A DNA stretch of 64,000 bases, taken from the NCBI GenBank assembly GCA_903813345.2, contig CAIIXF020000001.1, forward strand, positions 8,308,001-8,372,000, in the 5' to 3' direction. A program made the position numbers and the translations under genes. The notes under the pieces were generated by a model that saw only the letters and a program-made list of their open reading frames with translations, did no database searches and was not told where the DNA came from. This DNA comes from Owenia fusiformis (lineage: Eukaryota). Of this stretch, positions 49,701 through 60,210 are shown piece after piece; within the stretch, counting starts at the first letter, position 1; each line of letters begins with the position of its first letter.

Positions 49701-52700
49701 CCCCTTGCTGTATCTGATTACATGTCAATGGGTAGTAGCTCTTCCTCGTCACCACCCAAGCATAGCAACAGCAAGCCTAAATCTCCAGGGCCTGGTTCTG
49801 ATGTCTCTGGCTATATGATAATGTCTCCACCTGAACTACCAGAGCCTGGTGATGTCCATGTACCACTTGCTACTAGCAAACTCTCACAGCACACAAGACA
49901 CTCAAAACACAAGCCAAAAACTGATCCTAGGTACCCTAAGAATTCTGGGAGGGATAAACCGGGATTAAAAGTTGAGACAAGTCCTCTGGTACGTGCCAGT
50001 AGTCTCCCAAGCCCCGGTGCTTATGTTAGCTTGGATTATAACACCCCCAAAATAACGACACCCAGAACTGAACAGCATAAAGTGAAGTCCAAATCAGATT
50101 TGCTAGCAGCAGACAGGAAAAACACAGAGTCCTCTCCTAAATCCCAGCCAACATTGCCCTTGCCTAGCAGGACTCAAAATACTGGAGCTGAGTCTTATGT
50201 CATTTACTCACCAGGAAGTACTCAACCCAAGTCTACCAGTCCCCACCAAGCCATAGGCAAACCTCCTGGACACGATTATGTCAATATCAGTTTATCAAAG
50301 AAGGCAGAGACAATAGAGAAAAGTGGGAACTCTCAAGTCGACACAAGTGAAGTCCAGAAACGTGTTACAAAGAGGAAACCAGTTCCCAGTGTTCGGAAAA
50401 GTGTAAAGTCAAAAAGTAAGATTGCAGTTGATGACAAGACACAAGCAGAGGATTCCGGTGTTAAAGCAACTGACAATAGCAAAAACACCACTGGGGCACC
50501 TAGTAGGGCTCTTGATGCTTACGCGGACATGTCACATGTTAATGTAAAGAAAGACTTCATGCAGACAAATGTACCACAATATGAACTTAAGGCTGTAGAA
50601 CCCACCAATAGTTTAGAAAAGAAGACATGTAAGGATTCTCATAACTCATCTAAGAAAACAATCGATGATGCTTATTCAGAAATGGGTCCTTTTACCAAAT
50701 CACCCAGTAGTGTAATAAAGGACTCGAGTACAGATGCTTATTCTGTGATGGCCCCATTTTCATTACAAACAAAAACTCCCAAAGTTTTGGTCAGTGCTTC
50801 AAAAGACACAAATGTTGATGCTTATTCTGAGATGGCCCCCTTATCACTACAAACCAAAACACCCAATGTGTTTGTAAGTGCTTCAAAAGACACAAATGTT
50901 GATGCTTATTCAGAAATGGGTCCTTTTACATCACAAACTAAAACAGCCAAATCACCCAGTAGTGTAATAAAGGACTCGAGTACAGATGCTTATTCTGTGA
51001 TGGCCCCATTTTCATTACAAACAAAAGCTCCCAAAGTTTTGGTAAGTGCTTCAAAAGACACAAATGTCGATGCTTATTCTGAGATGGCCCCCTTGTCACT
51101 ACAAACCAAAACTCCCAATGTGTCAAGTAGTGTATCAAAGGACACTAGTTTTGATGCCTATTCTGAGATGACCCCTATTTCAGTACAAACTAAAACTAAT
51201 ATAAAATCTCCCAGTAGTGTAACAAAAGACATATATTATGATGCTTATTCTGAGATGCCCTCTTCAAAAGTATCTACCACAAAGGACAATAGTTCTGATG
51301 AATATTCTGAGATGGCCCCCATGTCACTACAAACAAAATCTTCGAAAGTGTCAGGTAGTGCCTCGAAGGAATCAAGTTCTGATGCATATTCTGAAATGAC
51401 CCCTGTATCATTACAAGCACAAAGTAATTTAAAGAAGGACTCCAGTAGTGACATATATTCTGAAATGGCTCCCTTAAGTAAGTCCGTCAACAAGGAAGCT
51501 CCTCCGATGAGACAAGACATGAGTCCAGGGTTATCTTCGAAGATACCTCACCAAAGTTCCCAAGAGGATTCATATACCGAAATGGCTCCTATAAACAAGA
51601 AAGGATCTGTGAAAATTGGAAAAACTGATGTTAAAATCTCAATGGTAAAGAAGGGTGCAATGAGCAGTCCTAAAAGTAGTAGTGCTTTACAGAAAGGAAC
51701 CCCAAAAGCAACCAGCCTAAGTCCAAGTCCTAAGCCAGATCGTGCTACAAGCCCCCTAACACAAAGGCTTAAAGCAGAAGGAGCAAGTTCCAAGAGCCCT
51801 ACTACATCCAAGGCCATTGAACTATCTGCCAAAAAGGCTGGTCTACAGCCCAATTTGCAAATGACCCCACTATCTATAGACTTAGGTACCGATATCGATG
51901 CTGACTTGTCTCCACGTTCAGATGCCAGTCCCAGACAAGCTACAATAAGTCTACCTCGAGTTAGAAGTGGAGGTTCCTTAGGCGATGCTATCCCTAAGCG
52001 GGGTAGCTCTTCAAGCCTTTCAAGTATTGGATCTGGGGACAGAACCAGGCATTTTTCAGGCGGGGCAATATCTAAACAAAGCAGCCTCTCTAGTACAAGT
52101 GAAGATTCTCCAGGAATCCGAAGCCCAAAGGTCTCCAGTCTTAGTCCTTCTATAATGTTTCAAGCCAAGTCTCCAAGGTCCTCACTTGGGGAGAAGGAAT
52201 TGAATTATGCGGCCCTGGACCTATCTGATTCTCTACCCCCCAAGTCACCCCTCTCATTGAAGAGTAGAAACTCATCTAATAACAGTGAAGACAATGAACC
52301 ACTGTCATATGCCAAAATAGACTTTGAAAAGTCTGGTAAGCCAGACACTTCACGATTTGAATTTGAGCTGTTATAATAGTAATTAACACAATATAATTGT
52401 GATTATTTAATTATAAAATAGTGTGTATGTCTGATTGTGTGTGTGTCTGTATGTATGCTGATGATGTGGTAAGATGCAGTTGTATTGAGAATGCTTTATT
52501 CAGTTATTCGAGGTTTATGAATGTATAGACTAGATGCTAGACAAAAAGTATATGTACACTATTTTTACATTTTATTGGTAATCTGAGTCTTAAATGCAAT
52601 TTGTACTGTAATTCAGTACTTCCCTTATACACAGTGTTCTATTAAAGCTCTGTCAGCTTCACCTATCTCCTGCAAAGAAAGACCCTATTGTAAATGATCA

Positions 52701-52830
52701 TCCCTGTGAAATGGACAAAATACACGGGGGATCGTAACTAAATTAAGGCTCAATTAAAAAATTAACAATGTCATCCTTTGATAGTAACTTCATCTTATTT
52801 ATTGCAGGTCAGGTAGACCCGACTGCTTGA
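31713..52830 (+). CDS. IRS: Insulin receptor substrate (IRS1/2/chico-like), 13 coding exons, about 1710 aa
   Basis: Exons: 31713-31802 (MDHK...[12 protein letters not shown]), 33487-33796 (PH domain, [10 protein letters not shown]...), 39462-39601 and 39983-40125 ([25 protein letters not shown] / [35 protein letters not shown]), 41158-41364, 44143-44268, 45945-46073, 47023-47093, 47555-47725, 48138-48185, 48419-48634, 48877-52335, 52808-52830. All are GT-AG and in phase. The protein has many YxxM motifs, YVNI, and C-terminal LNYAALDL and LSYAKIDF. The last exon is less certain, since read-through to the stop at 52376 is possible. Confidence 0.93.
32512..33242. mobile_element. Foldback MITE in IRS intron 1
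   Basis: Perfect 29-bp TIR GGAAAGGAGTGGTATCGATATGGAGAACT, with inverted similarity continuing towards the centre. No clear TSD. Confidence 0.8.
36874..37018. mobile_element. 145-bp CAC-terminated MITE with 5-bp TSD (Transib-like)
   Basis: TSD TAGAA; about 58-bp TIR starting CACTGGTGATCC. Confidence 0.8.
37163..37230. mobile_element. 68-bp palindromic CAC-terminated element with 5-bp TSD
   Basis: TSD AACTG; near-perfect palindrome CACGGAGCGGTAGCCAAACTG...CAGTTTGGTTACCACTCCGTG. Confidence 0.8.
38855..39461 (+). repeat. About 21-bp minisatellite (CCATTCTTACTGTATGTTACAG-like) ending at the IRS exon 3 acceptor
   Basis: More than 25 degenerate tandem units are visible. Confidence 0.9.
40437..41056. 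mobile_element. Probable Helentron-associated (DINE-1/HINE-like) element
   Basis: T-rich start with subterminal inverted repeat, GTCT microsatellite, repeated CAAAATGGC..CCATTTT units and a hairpin-like end with CTAGTT. Confidence 0.4.
42516..43575. mobile_element. Tc1/mariner-type MITE with about 180-bp TIRs
   Basis: TA TSD; TIR CAGGGTGGTCCCAAAAAATTGGAACATTTG / CAAATGTTCCAATTTTTTTGGACCACCCTG. Confidence 0.88.
44510..45590. repeat. About 100-bp degenerate tandem repeat interrupted by the TTAA MITE
   Basis: Units of the form CTTAAATCATCAC...CCTATGCTATTTATGCAT...GAACTCTTCATTCTAT...GGTAAGGC on both sides of the MITE. Confidence 0.75.
44715..45312. mobile_element. TTAA-flanked foldback MITE (Kolobok-like)
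   Basis: TTAA-AGGAACATTCCTGGC ... GCCAGGAATATTCCT-TTAA, with inverted arms of about 220 bp. Confidence 0.88.
46307..46886. mobile_element. MITE with about 29-bp TIR
   Basis: TAGTCAGCGGTAATCCACTCTAGTGTCGC / GCGACACTTGAGTGGATTACCACGGACTG; CpG-rich interior; TSD unclear. Confidence 0.7.
50661..51590 (+). repeat. Coding tandem repeat (about 19-33 aa units, DAYSEM core) in the large IRS exon
   Basis: GATGCTTATTC(T/A)G(A/T)(G/A)ATG recurs; 12 units. Confidence 0.92.
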
Positions 52831-54234
52831 TACAAAGCACAAAATTTGAGTTTTGCACACTAAAGATGTTGCTTTATTTTCTACGGATCTCAAAATATTC
52901 ATACAAGGCACAGTGTGGGCTTTCTGCATTTAATTTGAAAACTCTCTCATGAAAAAGTAACTCTTGCAGATTTTTTTGGATTTTCTTGCAAAACATGATC
53001 CCCTCCACATATTTTTCCATTTCACAGGCATCGGGCACTGGTCTTGAAAATGTGAACTGTACTAAACAGCGCTAAATATGTTGACAGGTGGGTTGATTTA
53101 TGGTTGGTGGGTGGGTCAGGCTTTATTATTACAAAATGGTAACCTCAGTATTCTACTTGAACACAATGTAGAAAATTATTGCTGAAATGCACTCTGATAT
53201 AAACAAAGATGTAGGTTAAAATGTGATGTTAATCTACTTTTGGTCAAACAAAGAATAATCTTCAAATTAAAAATGACCAGAAAGGTATATTTAGATAATT
53301 TTTTAGAGTTGAGTTTAAAAAGCATTACTCTACATCATGTACAATATTCAGTTTCCAAAACTATTTGATTTGACAAATTCTGATCGATCATGGTATAAAT
53401 CATATTGTTTTGTTTACCCTACACTCTTGAAGACTGCTTCAGATCCCATCATGTTACAATATGTTATCCTTGCTATCCCACTCACCTTTTAATCCACCAG
53501 CATCAATAGGGGTAAAATGAAACTGAATTTATTACTAGGTATTTTTGTGAGATACAGAATACGTAAAATATACTAAAATCATTAAATTATTGGGCAATGT
53601 TAATAAAAGTGGGAAATTTCCCAAAATAGCCAATATATTGTTCCCTCTGAATTTGATCTTTAGACTGACTGGAATTATTTCATCCTTCACTGGAGGCACC
53701 ATTTTATGTTATGTTAACTGGTTAAACATTATATGTTTATGTAGTAAGTAAATACACCAGAAGTGTTCCATCGCAATATCACAAGTCCAATAGCTTATAC
53801 AGTACTGTGATCTGCCCAGCATCAAAGCAAGTGGCCGCTACACCCAGACTCTGTTGAGATTGGAAAAGGTTTACCACCTGAATAGAAAACTCATTTGTAC
53901 CATGCGAAAAAAGCATGATTATTAGAATTTTGCAACCACTTGAAAAGATCCTGGAGAGAATACTGCAGTAATATAATGTTTTGTGTTATTATTGCCCAAG
54001 TGGCATTTCTGATATAATAGAATGTTAAATGCAATTATGCATTTTCTATTTGAATGCAATATTTTCTTTGTAATTGATACTTGCCTTTATTATCCCATTG
54101 AACTTAATGCGTGATGGGATATTATAAAAGAGCATATTGACCATCAATCATTGTCTCAAGATTTATTTTCGATGCTAACCTGAGGTTTATGGGTAAGGAA
54201 TAAAACTAACCTTCTTCCTCAGACAATTCAGCAC

Positions 54235-54325
54235 AAGAGGAGGAAAATACCCAGAATTCAAAGATGAACCCATCATCTTTACAAAAGGAAAGGTTCATCT
54301 TTGAATTCTGGGTTATTCCCCTCTT
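54235..54325. mobile_element. 91-bp hairpin MITE related to family B, in the presumed IRS 3' UTR
   Basis: TSD ATTCAGCAC; TIR AAGAGG...CCCAGAATTCAAAGATGAACC. Confidence 0.82.
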
Positions 54326-55015
54326 ATTCAGCACACAAGTTAGAATTACTGTATACATATGAGACCTCTGCTCGAAACAAAAATGGCGAACATATTCTAC
54401 ACACTATTTTGCCTGGACTTTAAGTGCAACTGAAAGTGTTTAAATTATTTTCATATTAAAGAAGAAATATTTCTCTGATTACCATGGGATAAAATCTCAT
54501 TTGATTTATTCACTTATGAACCACCAAAACTAAATATCTGACTTGAGCAATGTTCATTCCTTTGTGATTTGTCAAAAACTAATCGTAATGCTGGGATTAG
54601 TTCGATGGGATTTGCTGCTTGGAGTTGCCATTGTCTAGTTTGAATCATGAAACTCTGATAACAGTAGTAGACTTCAAAATATCACTGTAGTTAACAAATT
54701 AAATAGTGACACCATTAAGAAACTACTTTTCCAAATTAATGTTTTCTTTGTAATGTCAATCAAAATTTAACCAATACAAAGATTATTTATAACAAAAAAT
54801 GATATATTGTTGTTGGAACAAACATTTTTGATTTGTCAACAGTGGTATTTTGGGAATTATGACTACTATAGGAGTTTGTTAAATTAAGTATGATCCATGT
54901 TATAATATATAGTCTATAATATAGATTTATCATGAAATAAATGGATTGTAATATTTGGATGTATGCATTTGTGATTTTAGTTAAAGTTTATCTGCATTTC
55001 ATTTGATGTGGAGAA

Positions 55016-55021
55016 AATAAA
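55016..55021 (+). terminator. Candidate IRS polyadenylation signal
   Basis: AATAAA followed about 20-35 nt later by a T/GT-rich tract. Confidence 0.4.
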
Positions 55022-55221
55022 ACTTTATAACTTCAATATTTTTGTTATTGTTTGATTTTAGGGAGCAAAGAAAAACACTAAATATTACTGCTATAAAGAG
55101 TTTCTTACAAAACAAAGATAGTAACAATGAGAGGAAAATGTTATTTTTCAATTAATAATCAAGTAATACGCATTAGCACTTTCATTGATAATAACAGATA
55201 TATTTTTTATTACATTATATT

Positions 55222-55525
55222 TGGTAAGATGGTTGTGTTGTTTGGGTACATGTTTATGTTGTTTGGGTAGGTTGCTGGGTTTCTTTGATTAGATACCCTT
55301 CGTTTAGGTAGATGATTGTATTGCTTGGGTTGATAGTTGTGTTATTTAGGCAGACGATTGTGTTGTGTAGGAAGATGGCTGGATTGTTTGGGTAGATAAT
55401 TGTGTTGTTTGGGTTGATTTGGTGTTGTTTGGTTAGATGACTGGGTTGTTTGGGCTTTCCTTGGTCTGTGTTCTTTGATTAGATGTCATTGTTGTTTGTG
55501 TATATGATTGTGTTGTTTGGGTAGA
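55222..55525. repeat. GT-rich degenerate minisatellite of about 21 bp (GATGATTGTGTTGTTTGGGTA)
   Basis: Visible tandem units between the IRS and EXOSC6 3' ends. Confidence 0.75.
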
Positions 55526-56596
55526 GTATGTGTACATGTAAAAAATATATTTACTTCCATGACTTGGCAAAAAGGAACAGCTCTTTTGAAGAATGTGCTT
55601 AGGAAGGGTCCTAGACCATATTTTTGGAGTCAGATTGATAATTTTAATATCCTGGGAACCTCACAAAAACATATTGCTGTGATAATTGAAGGTTGATTGA
55701 TCTTGGGTTCATTTTATTATTATGTCACCACCAAAAAGTGACATATTGTTATGGGCTACATTTTTTTGTGACAGCGGTGGGTAGCGGTTGGCGTCTGTAA
55801 CAAATTCTTAAAACTTCCAACAACTTAACAAATACTGTTTAGACCGACTTGTTTTTTCAAAATCATCCATCATCCAAGTTTTCAGAAGTTCATATCCGAC
55901 TTTATATTTAAGATTTGACCTTCAGTGACCTTTTCAAGATGTAACTGTTTCATCCTCCTTCCACTGGAAAATCATTTTTCAAGATTTTTGAGAATATTTT
56001 TCAAAACATTCTGAAATTCAACTGCCCTCTTTTTATTATGGAAAATGTTAAAATGATGAGCACAAGTGGGCAATATTTGAATTAAAAACAAAAAAAATTT
56101 TCTTTTCAGAGCTGTTACTATCAACTGATTCCTTTATAAACGTGGCAATGAGAGCATTTGTATTTATGGCCCTTAAAAGTTTCATAATACCAAATAATTA
56201 CAGAATGAATAACTCAAATTAAATTCCTGCCATTGTATGTTTTTAATCTGTCATCCATTTCATTCCCCAATGCAAAATCATATTCCATTTGGTAGGCCTA
56301 TTTTTTAAAACCCCAGTGCAATCACAATCAAATTAGTCATCATTGCTTTACTCTGTTGCTGACATTGGAAGGAACTGCTTCATAAAAAGGATACCATTTA
56401 AAACCATATGGTATTAAATAATGTGAATGAACTCAAAAACATCTAATTAGAAAACATAGCATTTTTATTATTAAACCTGTTTAACTGTACATTTAACCAA
56501 AATTCACAACAACATGGATTGTCCAGTCTGGTGTCTGGTGACTAAGTAGTATGTAGCCTACTATGGCATGTGTTTATCATATGTGGGCTTGGTGTA

Positions 56597-59500
56597 TCAT
56601 CTTTTTAATTTGGCTTCTACTGCCTTATTTAGGCACTGTTTAATAACAGGGTGCAGTTTTCTAGCAGTGTCCAGACATTGCTTAAGTGCTTGTTTTGCGC
56701 CATCTATTGAGAGTTCACCTTTCTGTATAATGGATGAGACTTGGTTGATAGAGGGCATAAGAGCAACTGTCATCATCGCTTGAGATGTTTCATTGGACTT
56801 CTCGTCTGACTGCAAATAACAAATAAAAACAGAATTATCAATACTGGATATCATCATCGCTTGCCAAGCATTCAAAGGAAATGTCAATCAAACATTATAT
56901 GCATGCTCAGAAGAATCACAGATTTCACCATTTTCAGAAATATAGTCTGTATTTTCTGAGTTTGTCAAAATTCTGCTGTGTGATTTCTTAAGGTCAGTTA
57001 TCATGTTATGCTTGGCTGTATTACTCTTTGTCAGCAATCACATCAACTTTACATTTTCACAGAGGCGAAAGCAGACAGGTGAGAAAAATGACAAAATAGG
57101 GCATTCTTGGTTAATTACAAGACAGCCATTTTGAATTCTAAGGGCAAATAATACGTATCACTCCATTGGCTGATTGGTATAATGTTAGAATACTTACCTG
57201 TGACAGAGATCTGTGGGATTCTTCATCTGTAGTGGGGTCAATCAAAGACCTCTCCCCAATCTGCCTCTATAAGTAACAAGTACCAGGTCATTCAATAAGT
57301 TCACAGAAAAATTCTCTCATTTCACCATCCCAAAAATATCTAAAATTTGAAACAACAGCATTTTTCCATGAACTTATTGAACGACCTGGTAAATACAACT
57401 ACTCACACATTTCATTCATTGGATGATTTCCTTAGGTTAATTTAATAATAATTCTCTAAATGGAAATACATTTCAGAACACTTCCTATTAAACCTTTCTG
57501 CTGACCTTTCATAAAAATAAATGATTAATAGTGAAAATCAGTACATTCAGTCCAAGGTAAATACTAAACATCTTAAAATACTGAGAATTACTGCTTTTAA
57601 GTGCAAGCTACCAATCTCAAACAGCAGTGTACAGTGTTGCTTATCAAGCAGGCTGTACTCTGTTTTAAGAGTACTACATGAGCATCATTTCCAAAACAGT
57701 ATTGTAACCCTGCCAGAACAGCTACACAGTACTGTTTTGATCAATACCAAGTACTGTGAGGGGGAATTCAATAATGATGCTGAATAAGGGTGTATTTATA
57801 AAACTAACCAGTGAGCAGCCTATTACAACATCATACATCTCCATTCCAGCATCAGCTACAGCCACTGAGCCACATGTGATTGCAGCAGCCAGAGCTGAAA
57901 GTACATTACATGTTAAAAAGTGAAGGTTAATTAAGGAAGGACAATATGAAACTATTCAGCTATTAGTTGCATACAACTACTTACCAATAAATCTTTTTAT
58001 TATCAACAAATACAAAGATAATCAGTTCAATAGTCTTTGAGTAACACTACAGATAAAGATAATCAGTTCAATAGTCTCTGAGTTACACTACAGATAAAGA
58101 TAATCAGTTCAATAATAGTCTTAGGGTAACACTACAGATAAAGATAATCAGTTCAATAATAGTCTTTGAGTAACACTACAGATAAAGATAATCAGTTCAA
58201 TAGTCTCTGAGTTACACTACAGATAAAGATAATCATTTCAATAGTCTTTGAGTAACACTACATATAAAGATAATCAGTTCAATAATAGTCTTTGAGTAAC
58301 ACTACAGATAAAGATAATCAGTTCAATAGTCTCTGAGTTACACTACAGATAAAGATAATCATTTCAATAGTCTTTGAGTAACACTACAGATAAAGATAAT
58401 CAGTTCAATAGTCTTTGAGTAACACTACAGATAAAGATAATCAGTTCAATAGTCTTTGAGTTAAACTATAGATAAAGATAATCAGTTCAATAGTCTTTGA
58501 GTAACACTACAGATTAAGATAATCAGTTCAATAGTCTCTGAGTAACACTACAGATAAAGATAATCAGTTCAATTGTCTTTGAGTAACACTACAGATAAAG
58601 ATAATCAGTTCAATAGTCTTTGAGTAACACTACAGATAACGATAATCAGTTCAATAGTCTCTGAGTTACACTACAGATAAAGATAATCATTTCAATAGTC
58701 TTTGAGTAACACTACAGATAAAGATAATCAGTTCAATAGTCTTTGAGTAACACTACAGATAAAGATAATCAGTTCAATAGTCTTTGAGTTACACTAAAGA
58801 TAATCAGTTCAATAGTCTTTGAGTTACACTACAGATGGATGGACAGATGAATGAAGGGCTTTGCTATATTATCCCATTCAAACTTCATTCATTGTTTTTC
58901 ATAAAACATTGCTTTGTTGTGATAAAGGTTTTAACTGCCTCCCCTATAATGAAGTTGATCTTTGAGTTAGTCAATTGTACTCACCACTCCCTCCATCTTG
59001 TAAGACTGTAATAAAGATTTCTAGTCTGGCCTTTGGGAACTTATCCTAGAAAATACAACGTTCACTTGTACAGTTATGAATTTAGATTTGTTAGCTTATA
59101 GGCAGATCAAAGATGAATTTGTGGAGACAATTGTTGTACTGTTGCATTAGTCAGTATTATTAGAAAATATACAATGTATACTTAGAGAAAGACTGGGAAA
59201 TGTAGCATACTACATAATGGTAAATTGCTTTAATTTGATGATACCATGTGGCAAAGGGAAAACTACTTTTAGTGTTTAATTAAAGAAACATATACCTAAT
59301 TCAAAAATCAGCAATCAATGGATAACATCACAAGGCAATACAAAAAAATTAATTTTCTGATGGTACAGTATACATCTTACCAGTCTAATTGCAGGCTTTA
59401 GGGCTTCTAAGATAGTCATTGATAATTCCTTCTCCCGATCATCCTCTATGTGTTTCTGTCGAGTCTTGCAAGAAAATGTGGCAAACTTAAAGACACATTT

Positions 59501-60070
59501 TACCTGTCCTGACATCGTGAAATCTTCTCTCTTCATGACCTCCCGTGGACCATAACTAGAATCGGACATAGACTGAGATAACAACAAAACATACCGCCCA
59601 TGACTTACTTTAAATAGATCTACTAATATAAATTGAATGAAAAGTTCTATGGAGTAACTCCAAATTAATGTAAACTTACACTGCAGCGATGACCTTCGTG
59701 TCAGCCATCTCAATGTAAGCTGAGCCCTTAGCCTGACTTATAGCACCTGCCTTCAAATCTGAAACAATAATTGGAGGTATATCATCATCCTGGTATTAGT
59801 TCTGCATTGTAATACTGTATCTATAGACTGCGATTTCAGTAACAACAGTCTGTTCTCCCTTACTGATGATGGATATAAATTGGGTTAGACTATTTATTTA
59901 TTGTGTATGTTATGTAAGATTATGTATGAAATAGGTGCAAAATGTATGCATCTAGAAAACCAATAGCATATTTGAACTATAAAACAATAAATGTATGAAC
60001 TCTAGTACTCACATGTTGGTCTGTGTTGGTTAGCTTCTCTTCCATCTCTCCTCTTCCCATTCTGGTTGAC
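56597..60070 (-). CDS. EXOSC6: Exosome complex component MTR3 (RNase PH-like), 7 coding exons in the window, N-terminal exon missing
   Basis: Exons (minus): 60070-60013 (VNQNGKRRDGREANQHRPT), 59758-59680 (YLKAGAISQAKGSAYIEMADTKVIAAV), 59555-59381 (YGPRE...FKFATFSC...EALKPAIRL), 59045-58985 (DKFPKARLEIFITVLQDGGS), 57894-57809 (ALAAAITCGSVAVADAGMEMYDVV), 57266-57198 (LIDPTTDEE), 56809-56597 (stop). Phases are consistent. SQAKGSAY is the MTR3-type motif. A probable upstream donor (GTAAGT on minus) lies at 63994-63999. Confidence 0.9.
57283..57389. mobile_element. 107-bp miniature of the 18078-19145 mariner family
   Basis: TA TSD; same TIR CCAGGTC(A/G)TTCAATAAGTTCA. Confidence 0.85.
58012..58834. 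repeat. 41-bp minisatellite (GATAAAGATAATCAGTTCAATAGTCTTTGAGTAACACTACA), about 20 copies, in an EXOSC6 intron
   Basis: Near-identical head-to-tail units with no spacers; some 44-bp variants carry an extra AAT. Confidence 0.95.
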
Positions 60071-60210
60071 CTGCAAGTATATAAACATTGTGAAGTATAA
60101 ATGACCTGCATATGATGTGGGAGCACATGAACGACCCATCAAAAATCACTCCCATTACTAGTAGAGTGTTTGACATACAAATAATACGGATTGTAAATCT
60201 GTATATACTT

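Noticed and set aside
48861-52376. Stand-alone 1171-aa gene
   Set aside because: It starts at TTG within a pyrimidine tract; the acceptor at 48876 joins it in frame to the upstream IRS exons.
58012-58834. CRISPR-like array
   Set aside because: Units are contiguous with no unique spacers, no cas genes are present, and it lies in a eukaryotic intron.
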